DNA from: an uncultured delta proteobacterium
GTDB taxonomy: Bacteria > Myxococcota_A > UBA9160 > UBA4427
Direction: 5' to 3'
Length of the DNA: 64,000 nt
NCBI GenBank assembly: GCA_963822965.1
Contig: CAWGJT010000010.1
Coordinates: 992,001-1,056,000 of the forward strand
Every line of letters begins with the position of its first letter. The first letter of the stretch is position 1. The position numbers and the translations under genes are program-made. The notes below the pieces were generated by a model. It was not told the origin of the DNA. It saw only the letters and a program-made list of their open reading frames with translations, and searched no databases. Of the stretch, positions 43,408 to 53,033 are shown piece by piece.

Positions 43408-44829
43408 CTAGGTCTCGAGGGTCTCTGCACGACGGGCCGCGAGCTGGCGTTGGATCGCGGCGTGCGACTCGCGCGTGAGTGCGAACCGCCGGAAGAGCAG
43501 GATGCCCGTGCCGTACGTGACGAGCGGGACGCCGGACATCAGCGCGCGGATGGTGAGCTGTACCGACTCGGGCTGCTGCTGGCCGGGCTGGTACCCGCTC
43601 GCCGCCAGCGCGAAGCCCGCGAGCATGCCCGCGATGCCGAGGGCGGTCTTCGCGGCGAACGCCCAGGCCGCGAAGTAGACGCCCTCCTTGCGCTCGTTGC
43701 TCTGCAGCTCGTCCCAGTCGATCACGTCCGCCTGGATCGAAGGGAAGATCACGTCGAGGCCGCCGACGGCGGCGCCCGCGGTGCAGGCCACCACCATCAC
43801 CCAGACGAGGTCATCCCTGCCCAGGAAGCCCATGCAGAAGAGAGCGCCGCCGACGATGCACATGGAGGCCAGCAGCAGCGACTTCTTGTCGAAACGGTGG
43901 CCGAGCCAGACCCAACCCGGAATCGAGACCAGGGAGACCACGAAGAGGGAGCCCATCATCGGGGCGAAGAGCTGGGGGTTGCCGAGAACGTACTGCGCGT
44001 AGAAGGCCGCGATGGTCGTGACGGCACCGACCCCGATCTGCTGCAGGAAGAAGACGCCGATCAGCACGCGCGCGTGGGGGTTCCGGACGACCTCGGCGAA
44101 CGCCCGGAAGGGCCGCCTCGCGCCGCGCCCCTGGAACTCGGGACGCTCGCGGATGCGGGTGCCCGTCACCAGCATGCTGCCCGCGGTCACCACCCCACCC
44201 GTCACGGCGAGCCCCAGCGCCACGAGCCGCGGCTCGGAGCTGGCGCTCATCCACGCGATTGCGGCGAAGACGAAGAGGCTGCCGACCCCGAAGCAGGCGC
44301 GGCGGATTCCGAAGATGCGGGTCCGGTCCTCGTAGCTGTCCGAGAGCTCGGCGGCGAGGGAGTCGTGGGGGATGTTGAACACCGTCATGCCGGTGTAGAA
44401 GAGCACGATGGCGATCCCCATCCACAGGGAGAGCATGTCGCCTTCGAGGCGCGCGGGCGGCGCCCACATCGCGCAGAAGACGAGCCCCACCGGGAGCGCT
44501 CCCGCGATCATCCAGGGCCGTCGCCTCCCGATGCGCGACCGCGTACGATCCGACAGGTAGCCGGCGAGCGGGTCGGAGACCGCGTCCCAGACTCGCGAGA
44601 CGAAGAAGATCACGCCCATCACCCCCGGCGCGATGCCGAGCACGTCGGTCGAGAACTTGAGCAGGTACATGCCCGTCAGCAGGAACATGAAGCCCTGACC
44701 GAGGGCCGGCGCCGCGAAGAGCAGGATCGTCGCGCTGGCCAGGCGGGGCGGGACCGGCGCGGAGCCCTGCAGCGTACCCGCCCGCGCTTCCGCGTCCACG
44801 CCGAGCGCGAGCGCGGGTGACTCCGTCAC
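43408..44829 (-). CDS. MFS transporter, glycoside-pentoside-hexuronide (GPH) family
   Basis: WDAVSDPLAGYLSDRTRSRIGRRRPW, IPHDSLAAELS..Y.DRT, ADVIDWDE...RKEGVYF. Confidence 0.92.
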   Translation of the reverse strand: MTESPALALGVDAEARAGTLQGSAPVPPRLASATILLFAAPALGQGFMFLLTGMYLLKFSTDVLGIAPGVMGVIFFVSRVWDAVSDPLAGYLSDRTRSRIGRRRPWMIAGALPVGLVFCAMWAPPARLEGDMLSLWMGIAIVLFYTGMTVFNIPHDSLAAELSDSYEDRTRIFGIRRACFGVGSLFVFAAIAWMSASSEPRLVALGLAVTGGVVTAGSMLVTGTRIRERPEFQGRGARRPFRAFAEVVRNPHARVLIGVFFLQQIGVGAVTTIAAFYAQYVLGNPQLFAPMMGSLFVVSLVSIPGWVWLGHRFDKKSLLLASMCIVGGALFCMGFLGRDDLVWVMVVACTAGAAVGGLDVIFPSIQADVIDWDELQSNERKEGVYFAAWAFAAKTALGIAGMLAGFALAASGYQPGQQQPESVQLTIRALMSGVPLVTYGTGILLFRRFALTRESHAAIQRQLAARRAETLET

Positions 44830-44853
44830 GTCCTCGAGCCGGGACGTCGCGCA

Positions 44854-46167
44854 TCAGAAGCGCACGGGCAGCGCGGACAGCCCGCGGAGCACGAGACCGG
44901 GGCGGCGCGGCGGATCCTCCATTTCGAGCTCGAGCCGCGGCAGCCGAGCGGCGAGCCGGCCCAGCGCGATCTCCGCTTCGAGGCGCGCGAGCGGCGCCCC
45001 GAGACAGAAGTGCGCGCCATGGCCGAACGCCAGGTGGCTCGTGGCACGACGCCCGACGTCGAAGCGATCGGGCTCCTCGAAGAGCGCGCCGTCCCGGTTG
45101 GTCGACCCGATGAAGACGTCCACCTCCGCTTCCTTCCCGATCGGGACGCCCCCGAGCACCAGGTCTTCGAGGGCGCGTCGTGAGGTCAGCTGGACGGGCG
45201 CGTCGTAGCGGAGGCACTCCTCGACGGCGCTCGGCGCGAGCCCACGATCCCGCCGCAGCCGCGCCAGCTGGTCGGGATGCCGCAGCAGCGCGAGCGCACC
45301 GTTGCCGATGAGATTCGTGGTCGTCTCGTGACCGGCGAGGAGGAGGAGCACACAGTTTGCGATGAGCTCGTCCTCAGAGAGCACGTCCTCGCGGTCGCGC
45401 GCCGCCAGCAGCGCCGAGATGAGGTCGGGCCGCGGATCGCGGCGTCGCTCCGCGATCACGCCGCGCAGGTACTGGCCGAGCTCGCCCATGCTGTCGGCCG
45501 CCTGGGGAATTCCCGCCATGCGCACCGAGCCGTCGAGCAGCACGGCGATGTCGTCGGACCACCCTTTGAGGCGACTCTGGTCGTTCACCGGGACACCGAG
45601 CAGCTCCGCGATCACCATCACGGGCAGCGGCGTCGCCAGATCGCGAATCACGTCCATTCGGCCCGTGCCCCGCGCCATCATGGCTCCGAGCAGGTGGTCG
45701 ACGATCGTCTCGACACGGGGGCGCAGTCCCGCGACGACACGCGACGTGAACGCCTTGTTGACGAGCCCGCGCAGCCGCATGTGGTCCGGCTCGTCCTGCA
45801 TCAGCATCATGTGCGCCAGCAGCGCACCCAGCCGCCGAAATCGCTCGGGAACCCCCGGCCCGTGCAGTCCGCCGATCTCGCGGGCGGACGAGAAGCGCGG
45901 GTCGCGCAACACGCTCACGCCGTCGGCGTATCGTGTCACCCAGTAGACGAGCGCCGTGCCGCCGTCGAGCTCGCGCACGCCGATCGGCTCGTGCTCCCGC
46001 ATCCACGCGTAGGTGGGATAGGGATCGGCCTGGAAGGCAGGGTCCTCGAACGCCATCGTGCCGGGGTCGCGGGTCGGGGAGGCCTGGTGCGCCCGCGGCT
46101 CGCACGTGCCGGCGTCCGGACCCGCGGCCTTCGCGGAAGGCGCCGAAAGGCTCTCGTCGTTCGACAT
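44854..46167 (-). CDS. Cytochrome P450 (CYP107/BioI-like)
   Basis: DPYPTY, DEPDHMRLRGLV, LLAGHETTTNLI, EECLRYDAPVQ, HLAFGHGAHFCLGAPLAR; GAGGAGG RBS. Confidence 0.93.
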   Translation of the reverse strand: MSNDESLSAPSAKAAGPDAGTCEPRAHQASPTRDPGTMAFEDPAFQADPYPTYAWMREHEPIGVRELDGGTALVYWVTRYADGVSVLRDPRFSSAREIGGLHGPGVPERFRRLGALLAHMMLMQDEPDHMRLRGLVNKAFTSRVVAGLRPRVETIVDHLLGAMMARGTGRMDVIRDLATPLPVMVIAELLGVPVNDQSRLKGWSDDIAVLLDGSVRMAGIPQAADSMGELGQYLRGVIAERRRDPRPDLISALLAARDREDVLSEDELIANCVLLLLAGHETTTNLIGNGALALLRHPDQLARLRRDRGLAPSAVEECLRYDAPVQLTSRRALEDLVLGGVPIGKEAEVDVFIGSTNRDGALFEEPDRFDVGRRATSHLAFGHGAHFCLGAPLARLEAEIALGRLAARLPRLELEMEDPPRRPGLVLRGLSALPVRF

Positions 46168-46441
46168 GGGATCCTCCTCGGTGGGTGTCCGACGAGTCGG
46201 TGCAAGGTCCACGCCCAGGGCAAGCACCGCCGTCGGCGTTGCAGGCCCAGCCCAGGCGCTCCGGGAGGCCGGACGCTGCAGCTTCCCGGCTGCAGTGTCG
46301 GGACCGGGCGGCGGCGCAGGGGATCCCACCATCCCCCCGGCCGACGAGCGGGAAGGATCCGAAGGAAGTCCGATCCCCAAAGGGTGAAGCGCCGCCCCGC
46401 CCGGCGTACACTCCCGCCAGCGCCCGCGAAGGAGGCCTCCG

Positions 46442-47278
46442 ATGACGCCGCCCGTGACACCGCCCGGCGCTCGCACCGTTCCCGATGGCCTGGAGATCGT
46501 GCCGCGACGGTTCGCGTTCCGGGAGCTGGAGTCGATCCCGAAGTACTGGTTCGGCGGCAACGCCCTCATCACCCACCTCGAGAACACCTTCTCGATCCTG
46601 ATCCCACCGGGCGAGCGCTTCTTCATCCAATCGGTTCGCAACTACGCGGACCGGGTCCGGGATCCCGCCTTCGCGAAGCTCGTCCAGGCCTTCATCGCCC
46701 AGGAGGGGCACCACACCCGGGCCCACCACGAGTTCAACCGGCACTTCGAGCAGTTCGGAATCGGGATCGCCCGCGAAGAGGCGTACGCGGCAAGCGTCAT
46801 GCAGCGCGCCAGCCGCTACCTGCCGAAGAAGATCCAGCTCGGAATCACCGTCTTCTTCGAGCACCTGACCGCGACCGGGGCCCACCTGCTCTTCGCCGAG
46901 CCCGAGATCGCGCGCCTCATCCATCCCGAGGCCCTGCGCTTCTGGCGCTGGCACGCCGTCGAGGAGCTCGAGCACAAGGCGGTGGCGTTCGACCTGCTCC
47001 GCGAGATGGGCGGCGGCTACGCGACCCGCGTGTTCTCGGCGATCGTGGGGCTCCTGTGGTTCGCCCCGGCCTTCGTTCGCATGGCCCGGCGCATGATGAA
47101 GGAGGATCCGGAGCCGATCACCGGCGAGATGCGCGCCCAGGCGAGGGCCATCGACCGCCGGGCGCGCGCCGTCCAGACCCCGCTGCTACTCGCGTACTTC
47201 AAGCCGGGCTTCCACCCCTGGAAGCTCGACGACGCGCCCTACATGGAGCAGTGGTACGCGTCGGCGGAGGGCCGCTAG
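46442..47278 (+). CDS. Predicted metal-dependent hydrolase (ferritin-like, Metal_hydrol type)
   Basis: PPGERFFIQSVR, QEGHHTRAH, EHLTA, WRWHAVEELEHKAVAFD, YFKPGFHPW. Confidence 0.9.
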   Translation: MTPPVTPPGARTVPDGLEIVPRRFAFRELESIPKYWFGGNALITHLENTFSILIPPGERFFIQSVRNYADRVRDPAFAKLVQAFIAQEGHHTRAHHEFNRHFEQFGIGIAREEAYAASVMQRASRYLPKKIQLGITVFFEHLTATGAHLLFAEPEIARLIHPEALRFWRWHAVEELEHKAVAFDLLREMGGGYATRVFSAIVGLLWFAPAFVRMARRMMKEDPEPITGEMRAQARAIDRRARAVQTPLLLAYFKPGFHPWKLDDAPYMEQWYASAEGR

Positions 47279-47361
47279 ACGGGCTCCCAACGTCCCGGAA
47301 GGCCGGCCCTGCAGGACGCGCTTCAGGCCCCTGGCGAGAGACACCGGGGTGTACGATCGGG

Positions 47362-47910
47362 CTACCCGCTCTTGGCCTGCCGCTCATAGTCGCGCAGCAC
47401 CAGCTGGGCGACGTGGGCCGCCTGGTCGGCGTAGCTGCGTGTTGCATCCCAGCGGCCGTCTTCGGACACCTCGTGGGAGCGTACCAGCTTCCTTCCCTCC
47501 TGCTTGGTGAAGCTGACGATCTCTCCCCAGATGCGGTGCTCGACCTCGCGGGCGAGCTCGCACACCCACTCGATCACCTTCCCCCGCGCCTGGGGCTCCA
47601 GTGCCCCGAGGACGTCTTCGCCGGCCAGGTGCGGGCCGGCGCCCGCCTCCACGCCTGGCTCGTGTCGCTCGAGCTGACGCGCCAGCTCTATGCAGATCTC
47701 CTTCGCGACGGACGCCTCGCTCGCGTGGAAGCCCCACTGGTGCTCCCACTGCTCCAGCCGCCCTTCCACGTAGGTGCGCGCGGCCTCCCACGCATCCTCG
47801 GCGGCGTGCTTGCGAACCGCCCTCTCACAGCTCTCGATGAGGTCGTGGGGCACGCCGTGGACCTGGGCCGGATGCTCCTCGAGCCACCGCTCCACCTCGT
47901 CGCGGTTCAT
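47362..47910 (-). CDS. Hypothetical all-helical protein
   Basis: MNRDEVERWLEEHP...; AAGGAGG RBS; upstream sigma54-like motif. Confidence 0.65.
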   Translation of the reverse strand: MNRDEVERWLEEHPAQVHGVPHDLIESCERAVRKHAAEDAWEAARTYVEGRLEQWEHQWGFHASEASVAKEICIELARQLERHEPGVEAGAGPHLAGEDVLGALEPQARGKVIEWVCELAREVEHRIWGEIVSFTKQEGRKLVRSHEVSEDGRWDATRSYADQAAHVAQLVLRDYERQAKSG

Positions 47911-47954
47911 GACGACCCTCCTTTCACGCTTCGCCGGGATACACCGAGCGAGGT

Positions 47955-47970
47955 TGCAAGGACCGTTCCT
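47955..47970 (-). promoter_or_regulatory. Candidate sigma54 promoter
   Basis: Minus strand AGGAACGGTCCTTGCA = GG-N10-GC, 44 nt upstream of ATG 47910. Confidence 0.35.
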
Positions 47971-48128
47971 TGGCCAGGAGGGCGATCCCGCGCCGCGCGT
48001 GGGCGCGAGCGCGGCCTTTCGGGCCAGGCGCCGGGGCAGCCTGGAACAGTGCCCGGTCGCACCGGCCCCGGTGGACCGGTCGCGATGGGCGTGCGCTTCC
48101 CGAGGGGCGGTCGAAGCGACCCGGCGAA

Positions 48129-48593
48129 TCACCCGCCGGGTCGAGTCACCTGCTGCATGTAGAACAGAAGCGCCTCGCGGTCGGCCCGGCTCTCGAGGCC
48201 GGGGGACACCATCGTGGTTCCCGGCGCAAAGCGCTGCGGGCTCGCGAGAAAGGCATCGAGGGTCCGATCGTCCCAGACCACACCCGTGGCGCGGAGCGCG
48301 TCGGAGTATGCGCCGAACGTGCTGCTACCGGCTCGCCGGCCGTAGATCCCGGAGAGGTAGGGCCCGACCTTGTTCTGGGTGCCGTAGAAGTCATGGCACG
48401 CCCAGCAGGGACCGGACAGCCTGGCGCCGCGATCGAACAGGACCCGCTGCTGGTCGGACAAGCGCGACCGAATCTCGCGGACGCGCGCGTCGCAGCCCGT
48501 CAGCAGGGACGCAAGCGAGAGGGCCAGCAGCAACGACCTGGCAAGAGCCGGGACACACGACGAGCGAACGCACGGAGCGGGAGGCGTGAGCAT
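48129..48593 (-). CDS. Class I cytochrome c (c2-like), probable lipoprotein
   Basis: LLTGC lipobox, CWACH, KVGPYLSG, YSDAL, PGTTM; TAACGT-N6-ATG. Confidence 0.88.
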   Translation of the reverse strand: MLTPPAPCVRSSCVPALARSLLLALSLASLLTGCDARVREIRSRLSDQQRVLFDRGARLSGPCWACHDFYGTQNKVGPYLSGIYGRRAGSSTFGAYSDALRATGVVWDDRTLDAFLASPQRFAPGTTMVSPGLESRADREALLFYMQQVTRPGG

Positions 48594-48700
48594 TCCCCAA
48601 CGTTACGGAACCCGCGCCCGACGTCATCCCGGCCGGCTCGACGAGCTGGCACCGTTCGGAAGCGGCCTCGCGATGGGTCTGGCCCCGGCCGCTGCACCGG

Positions 48701-49090
48701 CTACCTGGGCCCCTTCTTCTTCTTCCCGTAGCGGCCGGCCTTGGCCGGCGGCGCCGGGTGGGTCTGGCGCACGATCTCGGGAACGGTGCTGCCGGCGGCA
48801 AGGCTCCATCCGTCCCGGCCCGTGGCGCTCACCTGCCAGCCGGCATCGGTGTGGCGATAGTAGGAGCCGGCTTCGAAGTACACGCCCGGAAGGCCCACGG
48901 CGACGTGGATTCCCCGCTCCGAGTCGAAGCGGATCTCGACTCCCTCCTTCGGCCTCGGCGCCTTCTCGGCTCGTTGCTCCTTGGCGCGCCGGCCGTATGC
49001 CGGCGCGTGCGCGGGCGGGTCGGCGAGCCCCGGGGCCGCGAGCAGCGGGGCGGAGAGGAAGGCGATCAGGATCGCGCGCATCGGCGTCAT
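48701..49090 (-). CDS. Small secreted hypothetical protein
   Basis: Signal peptide, PPAHAPAYGRR motif, basic C-terminus; GGAGGAG RBS. Confidence 0.7.
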   Translation of the reverse strand: MTPMRAILIAFLSAPLLAAPGLADPPAHAPAYGRRAKEQRAEKAPRPKEGVEIRFDSERGIHVAVGLPGVYFEAGSYYRHTDAGWQVSATGRDGWSLAAGSTVPEIVRQTHPAPPAKAGRYGKKKKGPR

Positions 49091-49377
49091 GGGGCTCCTC
49101 CGAGGTGGCTTCTCGGAGGTCCGTCGGCGCTCCGGGCGCCTTCCTTGACCGGGTTGGCCGCAGCCGCTGCGAGCTTCTGAATTCCGTGGCGGCCCCAGCG
49201 AGCTTCCGGTGATCCGTGTCACCTCAGCGACGATCCGTGGCAATCCCTGGAGGGCTCGCGCCTGCGAGCCCGTGGCTCCCGCCGGGAAGCGATGGCGGAT
49301 GCAGCGCCCGCGCGCTGCCGCGCGCTGGTGGCGCTCGAGCGCTACCCTGGCGAGAAAGCACACGGAGGCTCATTCCC

Positions 49378-50571
49378 ATGGCCACCGACTCGATCCCGAC
49401 CCCGGCTCCGCTGAAGCCGCTCCCGAGCGACCGCACCCTTCCCCCCGAGACGCTCGAGGCCTACGAAACCCACTTCACCGAGCAGGCCAACGCCTGGAGC
49501 GTGATCCTGGAGCAGAACGCCGCGCGGCTGGCGTCCGGCAGCTACTCGCTGCACTGGCTCGATGCCGGCGACTCCGGCTGGGGCCGTCGCGTCAAGCCTT
49601 CGTCCCGTGGGCTGACGCTGACGGACATCAATCGGTCCAAGGGAAGCGGCGAAATGCCCGCCATGGCTGAGTGGAAGAACTTTGCACCCCGCGGATCGAT
49701 CCGGGAGCCGTATCGCGACGTGCTTCCCGTGATCGAGTCCTACACGGTCCTCAACCGCGACGAGCTGTGGGCGGACAACGTCGAGACCCTCTACGAAGAA
49801 GCGAAGGCGCGGCAGTGGAACGCCACCCGGGACATCCCCTGGAGCGAGCTCGAGAAGCTCCCGGAAGATCTCGAGAAGGCCACCTGCCAGCTGTGCACGT
49901 TCCTCACCGAGGTCGAGTTCGTAGCAGGGGACTTCCCGGCGAAGTGGCTGTACCGCATCCCGCAGGACTTCCTGGAGGTGAAGAGCTTCCTGTCCACGCA
50001 GATCATGGACGAAGCGCGGCACCAGGAGGTGTTCCGGAAGCGGGCGCTCGCCGGCGGGGGCCTGCTGCACGTCGCGCCCGGCTTCGAGTGGGCGCTGCAG
50101 GCCATCCTGGAAGCGCCGAGCCACACCATGGGCACCTTCCTGCTGAACCTGCTGGGTGAGGGGCTCGTGCTGTCGATCTTCCGGTCGGGCGAGATGATCG
50201 CCAAGACCCACGTGGACAAGGAGATCTTCCGGCGCTGCCTGCAGGACGAGGCCCGCCACGTCTCCTACGGCGTCATGGAGCTCAAGAACTACATCGACCG
50301 GCACCCGGACCGCGAGCGCGCGATCGAGGAGCTCCACCGCTTCGCGGACGTCGGCGAGCAGGTGATCCTGACGGCGTTCACCGAGGCCGCACTGGTCGAG
50401 CCCGTGGCGGTGCTGCTGGGCGGCGGCCTGAGCAAGATCGACGAGGGCATGGACGGCATGGCCAAGCTCTGGTCGATGTTCATCGACGAGTACCTGCAGC
50501 GCTGTGAACGGGCCGGGTTCGATCGCCGGGCTCGCAGCCGAATTCCGGTCAAGGCGATCTGGGCGTCGTGA
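49378..50571 (+). CDS. Ferritin-like diiron carboxylate protein, uncharacterised
   Basis: TEVE...MDEARH...GEG...QDEARH (E/ExxH x2); GGAGG RBS. Confidence 0.85.
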   Translation: MATDSIPTPAPLKPLPSDRTLPPETLEAYETHFTEQANAWSVILEQNAARLASGSYSLHWLDAGDSGWGRRVKPSSRGLTLTDINRSKGSGEMPAMAEWKNFAPRGSIREPYRDVLPVIESYTVLNRDELWADNVETLYEEAKARQWNATRDIPWSELEKLPEDLEKATCQLCTFLTEVEFVAGDFPAKWLYRIPQDFLEVKSFLSTQIMDEARHQEVFRKRALAGGGLLHVAPGFEWALQAILEAPSHTMGTFLLNLLGEGLVLSIFRSGEMIAKTHVDKEIFRRCLQDEARHVSYGVMELKNYIDRHPDRERAIEELHRFADVGEQVILTAFTEAALVEPVAVLLGGGLSKIDEGMDGMAKLWSMFIDEYLQRCERAGFDRRARSRIPVKAIWAS

Positions 50572-51047
50572 GCAGGGAGTCGGCAGCCGGCGAGCGCTTT
50601 CCGTCGCTGGCCTGGTTCGAGCGGCTCGTCACGCTGATGAACGCCGACCGGGCCCGGCAGGAGCAGCTCGGCTACGTGGACTGCGTGGCCCGCTTCACGG
50701 TGACCGACGGAAGGCCGGACGGGACCCCGTGGTCGGTCCAGATCACGTTCGAGGAGTTCGAGGCCACCGACGTGCACGAGGTCGGTCCGGGAGACACGTC
50801 CACCCCCGACTTCGATCTCGAAGCCCCACTCGCCGTCTGGCAGGACATGATCGAGAGCATCGCCGCCGGCAACGGCCGGCCGGGGCTCGACTTCACCCTG
50901 AACCGGTTGAGCCACTTCGGAACACCCATGCGGGTGGTCTCCGACGATCCGCTCCGCCGCGATCTGTACTTTCGCTACAACCAGAGCCTGCAGGAATTCG
51001 TGAACGCCTCCGCTCGCATCGAGACGGCGTTCCCCGTGCGGGACTGA
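50568..51047 (+). CDS. Hypothetical protein, SCP2/sterol-carrier-like
   Basis: FPSLAWF...MNAD...DFDLEAPLAVWQDMI pattern resembles SCP2-like proteins; GTGA overlap. Confidence 0.65.
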   Translation: MSRESAAGERFPSLAWFERLVTLMNADRARQEQLGYVDCVARFTVTDGRPDGTPWSVQITFEEFEATDVHEVGPGDTSTPDFDLEAPLAVWQDMIESIAAGNGRPGLDFTLNRLSHFGTPMRVVSDDPLRRDLYFRYNQSLQEFVNASARIETAFPVRD

Positions 51048-51050
51048 TCG

Positions 51051-51332
51051 GTGGCCAGGCGCGCCGGGCACTTCTACATCGACCAGACCTGCATCGGCTG
51101 CGGGGCCTGCGACCACGCCTGCCCCGGCAAGGTGGACGCGATCTACCGGGTCGAGGACGACTTCCTGGGCCGCTTCGCGATCGTGCTCGACGAGTGCATC
51201 GACTGCGGCATCTGCGTTCCGCTGTGCCCGGTCGACTGCATCCACGACGCGCGAACGGAGGGAATCGTCGAGGGCCGCGGCGGCTATACGCGCATCAAGG
51301 AGCTGCAGGCCTGGGCGAAGGAGCGGCAATGA
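51051..51332 (+). CDS. 2x[4Fe-4S] ferredoxin
   Basis: CIGCGACDHACP and CIDCGICVPLCPVDC. Confidence 0.92.
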   Translation: MARRAGHFYIDQTCIGCGACDHACPGKVDAIYRVEDDFLGRFAIVLDECIDCGICVPLCPVDCIHDARTEGIVEGRGGYTRIKELQAWAKERQ

Positions 51333-51445
51333 CCCCGTTCCGCGGTGCCCCCGCCCTCGAGGGCCCGCCCCGCTCGACTTGACAGGGGATCTCCCGTCCC
51401 AGAGCCTCCGCGCCGGCTCCCGAGATCGAGTGACTGCGAGGTTCC

Positions 51446-52177
51446 GTGGCCGTCGACGACGTTCGGATCGTCCTGATCGATCCGCAGCACCCCGGCAACA
51501 TCGGCGCCGTCGCTCGCGCGATGAAGACGATGGCGCTGCACCGGCTCTATCTCGTCCGGCCCGCGAAGTTTCCCGACTACGACGCCGGGCGGCGGGCCGC
51601 CGGGGCCGTCGACGTGCTCGAACGCGCCGTGGTGGTGGACGACGTCGCCGAGGCCATCGGCGACTGCCCGCTGGTGATCGGCAGCTCGGCCCGGACGCGG
51701 GCCCACCCGCTTCCGGTCCTCGACGCGCGCGAGTCCGCCCGCATGCTCGTCCGGGAGGCGGCGGCCGGCGCGCCGGTCGCGGTTCTCTTCGGCCCCGAGC
51801 GAACGGGGCTCTCGAACGACGACCTGGACCTGTGCAACTTCCGGCTGCGAATCCCCACCGGCCGGGAGTTCAAGTCCCTCAACCTCGCCGCCGCGGTACA
51901 GCTGCTCTGCTACGAGGTGCTGATGGCGTCTCTCGCAGACGAGCCGGCCGGGCCGGTGGACGAGCGCGATCGCGAGTATCCGAGCCAGGGCGACATGGAG
52001 TACTTCTACCGGCATCTCCAGCGTACCCTCGACGCCCGCGGCTTCACGGCCGACAGCCGGCGCGCCGTGACCCTCGCCAAGCTCCGGCGTCTCTTCGGTC
52101 GCGCGAGGCCCGCCGTCGGCGAGCTGAAGCTCCTGCACAGCCTGGTTCGCCTGATGCATCGCGACCCGAACGAGTGA
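51446..52177 (+). CDS. trmJ: SPOUT tRNA (C32/U32) 2'-O-methyltransferase
   Basis: RIVLIDPQHPGNIGAVARAMKTM, LFGPERTGLSN, SLNLAAAVQLLCYE, LRRLFGRARP. Confidence 0.93.
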   Translation: MAVDDVRIVLIDPQHPGNIGAVARAMKTMALHRLYLVRPAKFPDYDAGRRAAGAVDVLERAVVVDDVAEAIGDCPLVIGSSARTRAHPLPVLDARESARMLVREAAAGAPVAVLFGPERTGLSNDDLDLCNFRLRIPTGREFKSLNLAAAVQLLCYEVLMASLADEPAGPVDERDREYPSQGDMEYFYRHLQRTLDARGFTADSRRAVTLAKLRRLFGRARPAVGELKLLHSLVRLMHRDPNE

Positions 52178-52210
52178 TCCCCTTCGAGGGCGACCCCGAT
52201 GGGAGGCTCC

Positions 52211-53014
52211 TCAGCTTCGGCGGCGCGCGGACGAGCGCTTTCGCCTGCGCCGTGGCGTTCTCCTCGAGGGGTGGCCGGCTGCCGCTTCGGTGCCCCTGGA
52301 TGGGAAGGGCCAGCTCTCGCGCACGAACTCCGCGAACGCACCGGCCATCGCGGGCGGCAGCACCGGATCGGGTCGACGCGAGACGACCAGCGCTCCCGAG
52401 TCCACGCGCGGCACCGGTCGGAAGGCGCTCGCAGGAATGCGCTGCCCGAGCCGAAACTTCCACCACGGCGCCCACGCCGTCGAGTGCAGCGTGCTCGGCG
52501 GTACCGCGGCGCGCTTCCGCGCCACCTCCCACTGCACGATCAGGTCCGCCCGCTCCAGAGGGAGCAAGGGATCGTCGAGCAGCTTGTGCAGGACGTCGGT
52601 CGTGCGCCCATACGGAACGGAGGCGACGACGCGGAAGGGCGTCTCGGGCAGCGCCATGACCAGGAAGTCGGCTTGCACGACCCGAACCCGGCCCACCGCC
52701 TCGCCGCGCGGGTCCTGCCCGAGGTCGCGGCGCCCGCCCCTGCCCCGCTCCAGCCGTTCTCGCAGGCGCCCGGCCATCCACGGATCGATCTCGACCGCGA
52801 GGACGTCGACACCACGGGACGCGAGCGCGAGGGTCAGGGCACCGTCGCCGGCCCCGATCTCGACGACCAGCTCGCCCGGACGCAGCTCCGCCTCGGCGAC
52901 GAAGCGTTCGGCAAACTCGGGGCGCAGGAAGTTCTGGCCGAGCCTACGCCGTCGGTCCCCCGCGCTGGCCCGTCTCGCCCGCTCGCTCCGCCCGGCTCGA
53001 GAGCCCGCGGACAC
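52211..53014 (-). CDS. erm: Erm-type 23S rRNA adenine-N6 methyltransferase (MLSB resistance family)
   Basis: RRRLGQNFL, VEIGAGDGALT, VEIDP, ADFL, SVPY, IVQWEVARKR, WAPWW, FRPVPRVDSG; Arg-rich termini as in actinobacterial Erm; shorter than KsgA. Confidence 0.85.
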   Translation of the reverse strand: MSAGSRAGRSERARRASAGDRRRRLGQNFLRPEFAERFVAEAELRPGELVVEIGAGDGALTLALASRGVDVLAVEIDPWMAGRLRERLERGRGGRRDLGQDPRGEAVGRVRVVQADFLVMALPETPFRVVASVPYGRTTDVLHKLLDDPLLPLERADLIVQWEVARKRAAVPPSTLHSTAWAPWWKFRLGQRIPASAFRPVPRVDSGALVVSRRPDPVLPPAMAGAFAEFVRESWPFPSRGTEAAAGHPSRRTPRRRRKRSSARRRS

Positions 53015-53033
53015 GGATGATCACCGTCAGCAT
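52944..53033 (-). CDS. Putative erm leader peptide, 29 aa (MLTVIIRVRGLSSRAERAGETGQRGGPTA)
   Basis: TATCTT (53046-53041)-N7-ATG; IRVR motif at codons 6-9; overlaps the erm GTG out of frame. Confidence 0.6.
   Translation of the reverse strand: MLTVIIRVRGLSSRAERAGETGQRGGPTA

Noticed and set aside
49378..50571. Ribonucleotide reductase R2 or soluble methane/toluene monooxygenase
   Set aside because: No R1 subunit and no beta, gamma, coupling or reductase subunits adjacent; only the generic diiron ligands are shared.
52211..53014. Housekeeping KsgA/RsmA
   Set aside because: QWEVARKR and WAPWW motifs, missing KsgA C-terminal helical domain and the leader peptide fit Erm better; phylogeny is still needed.
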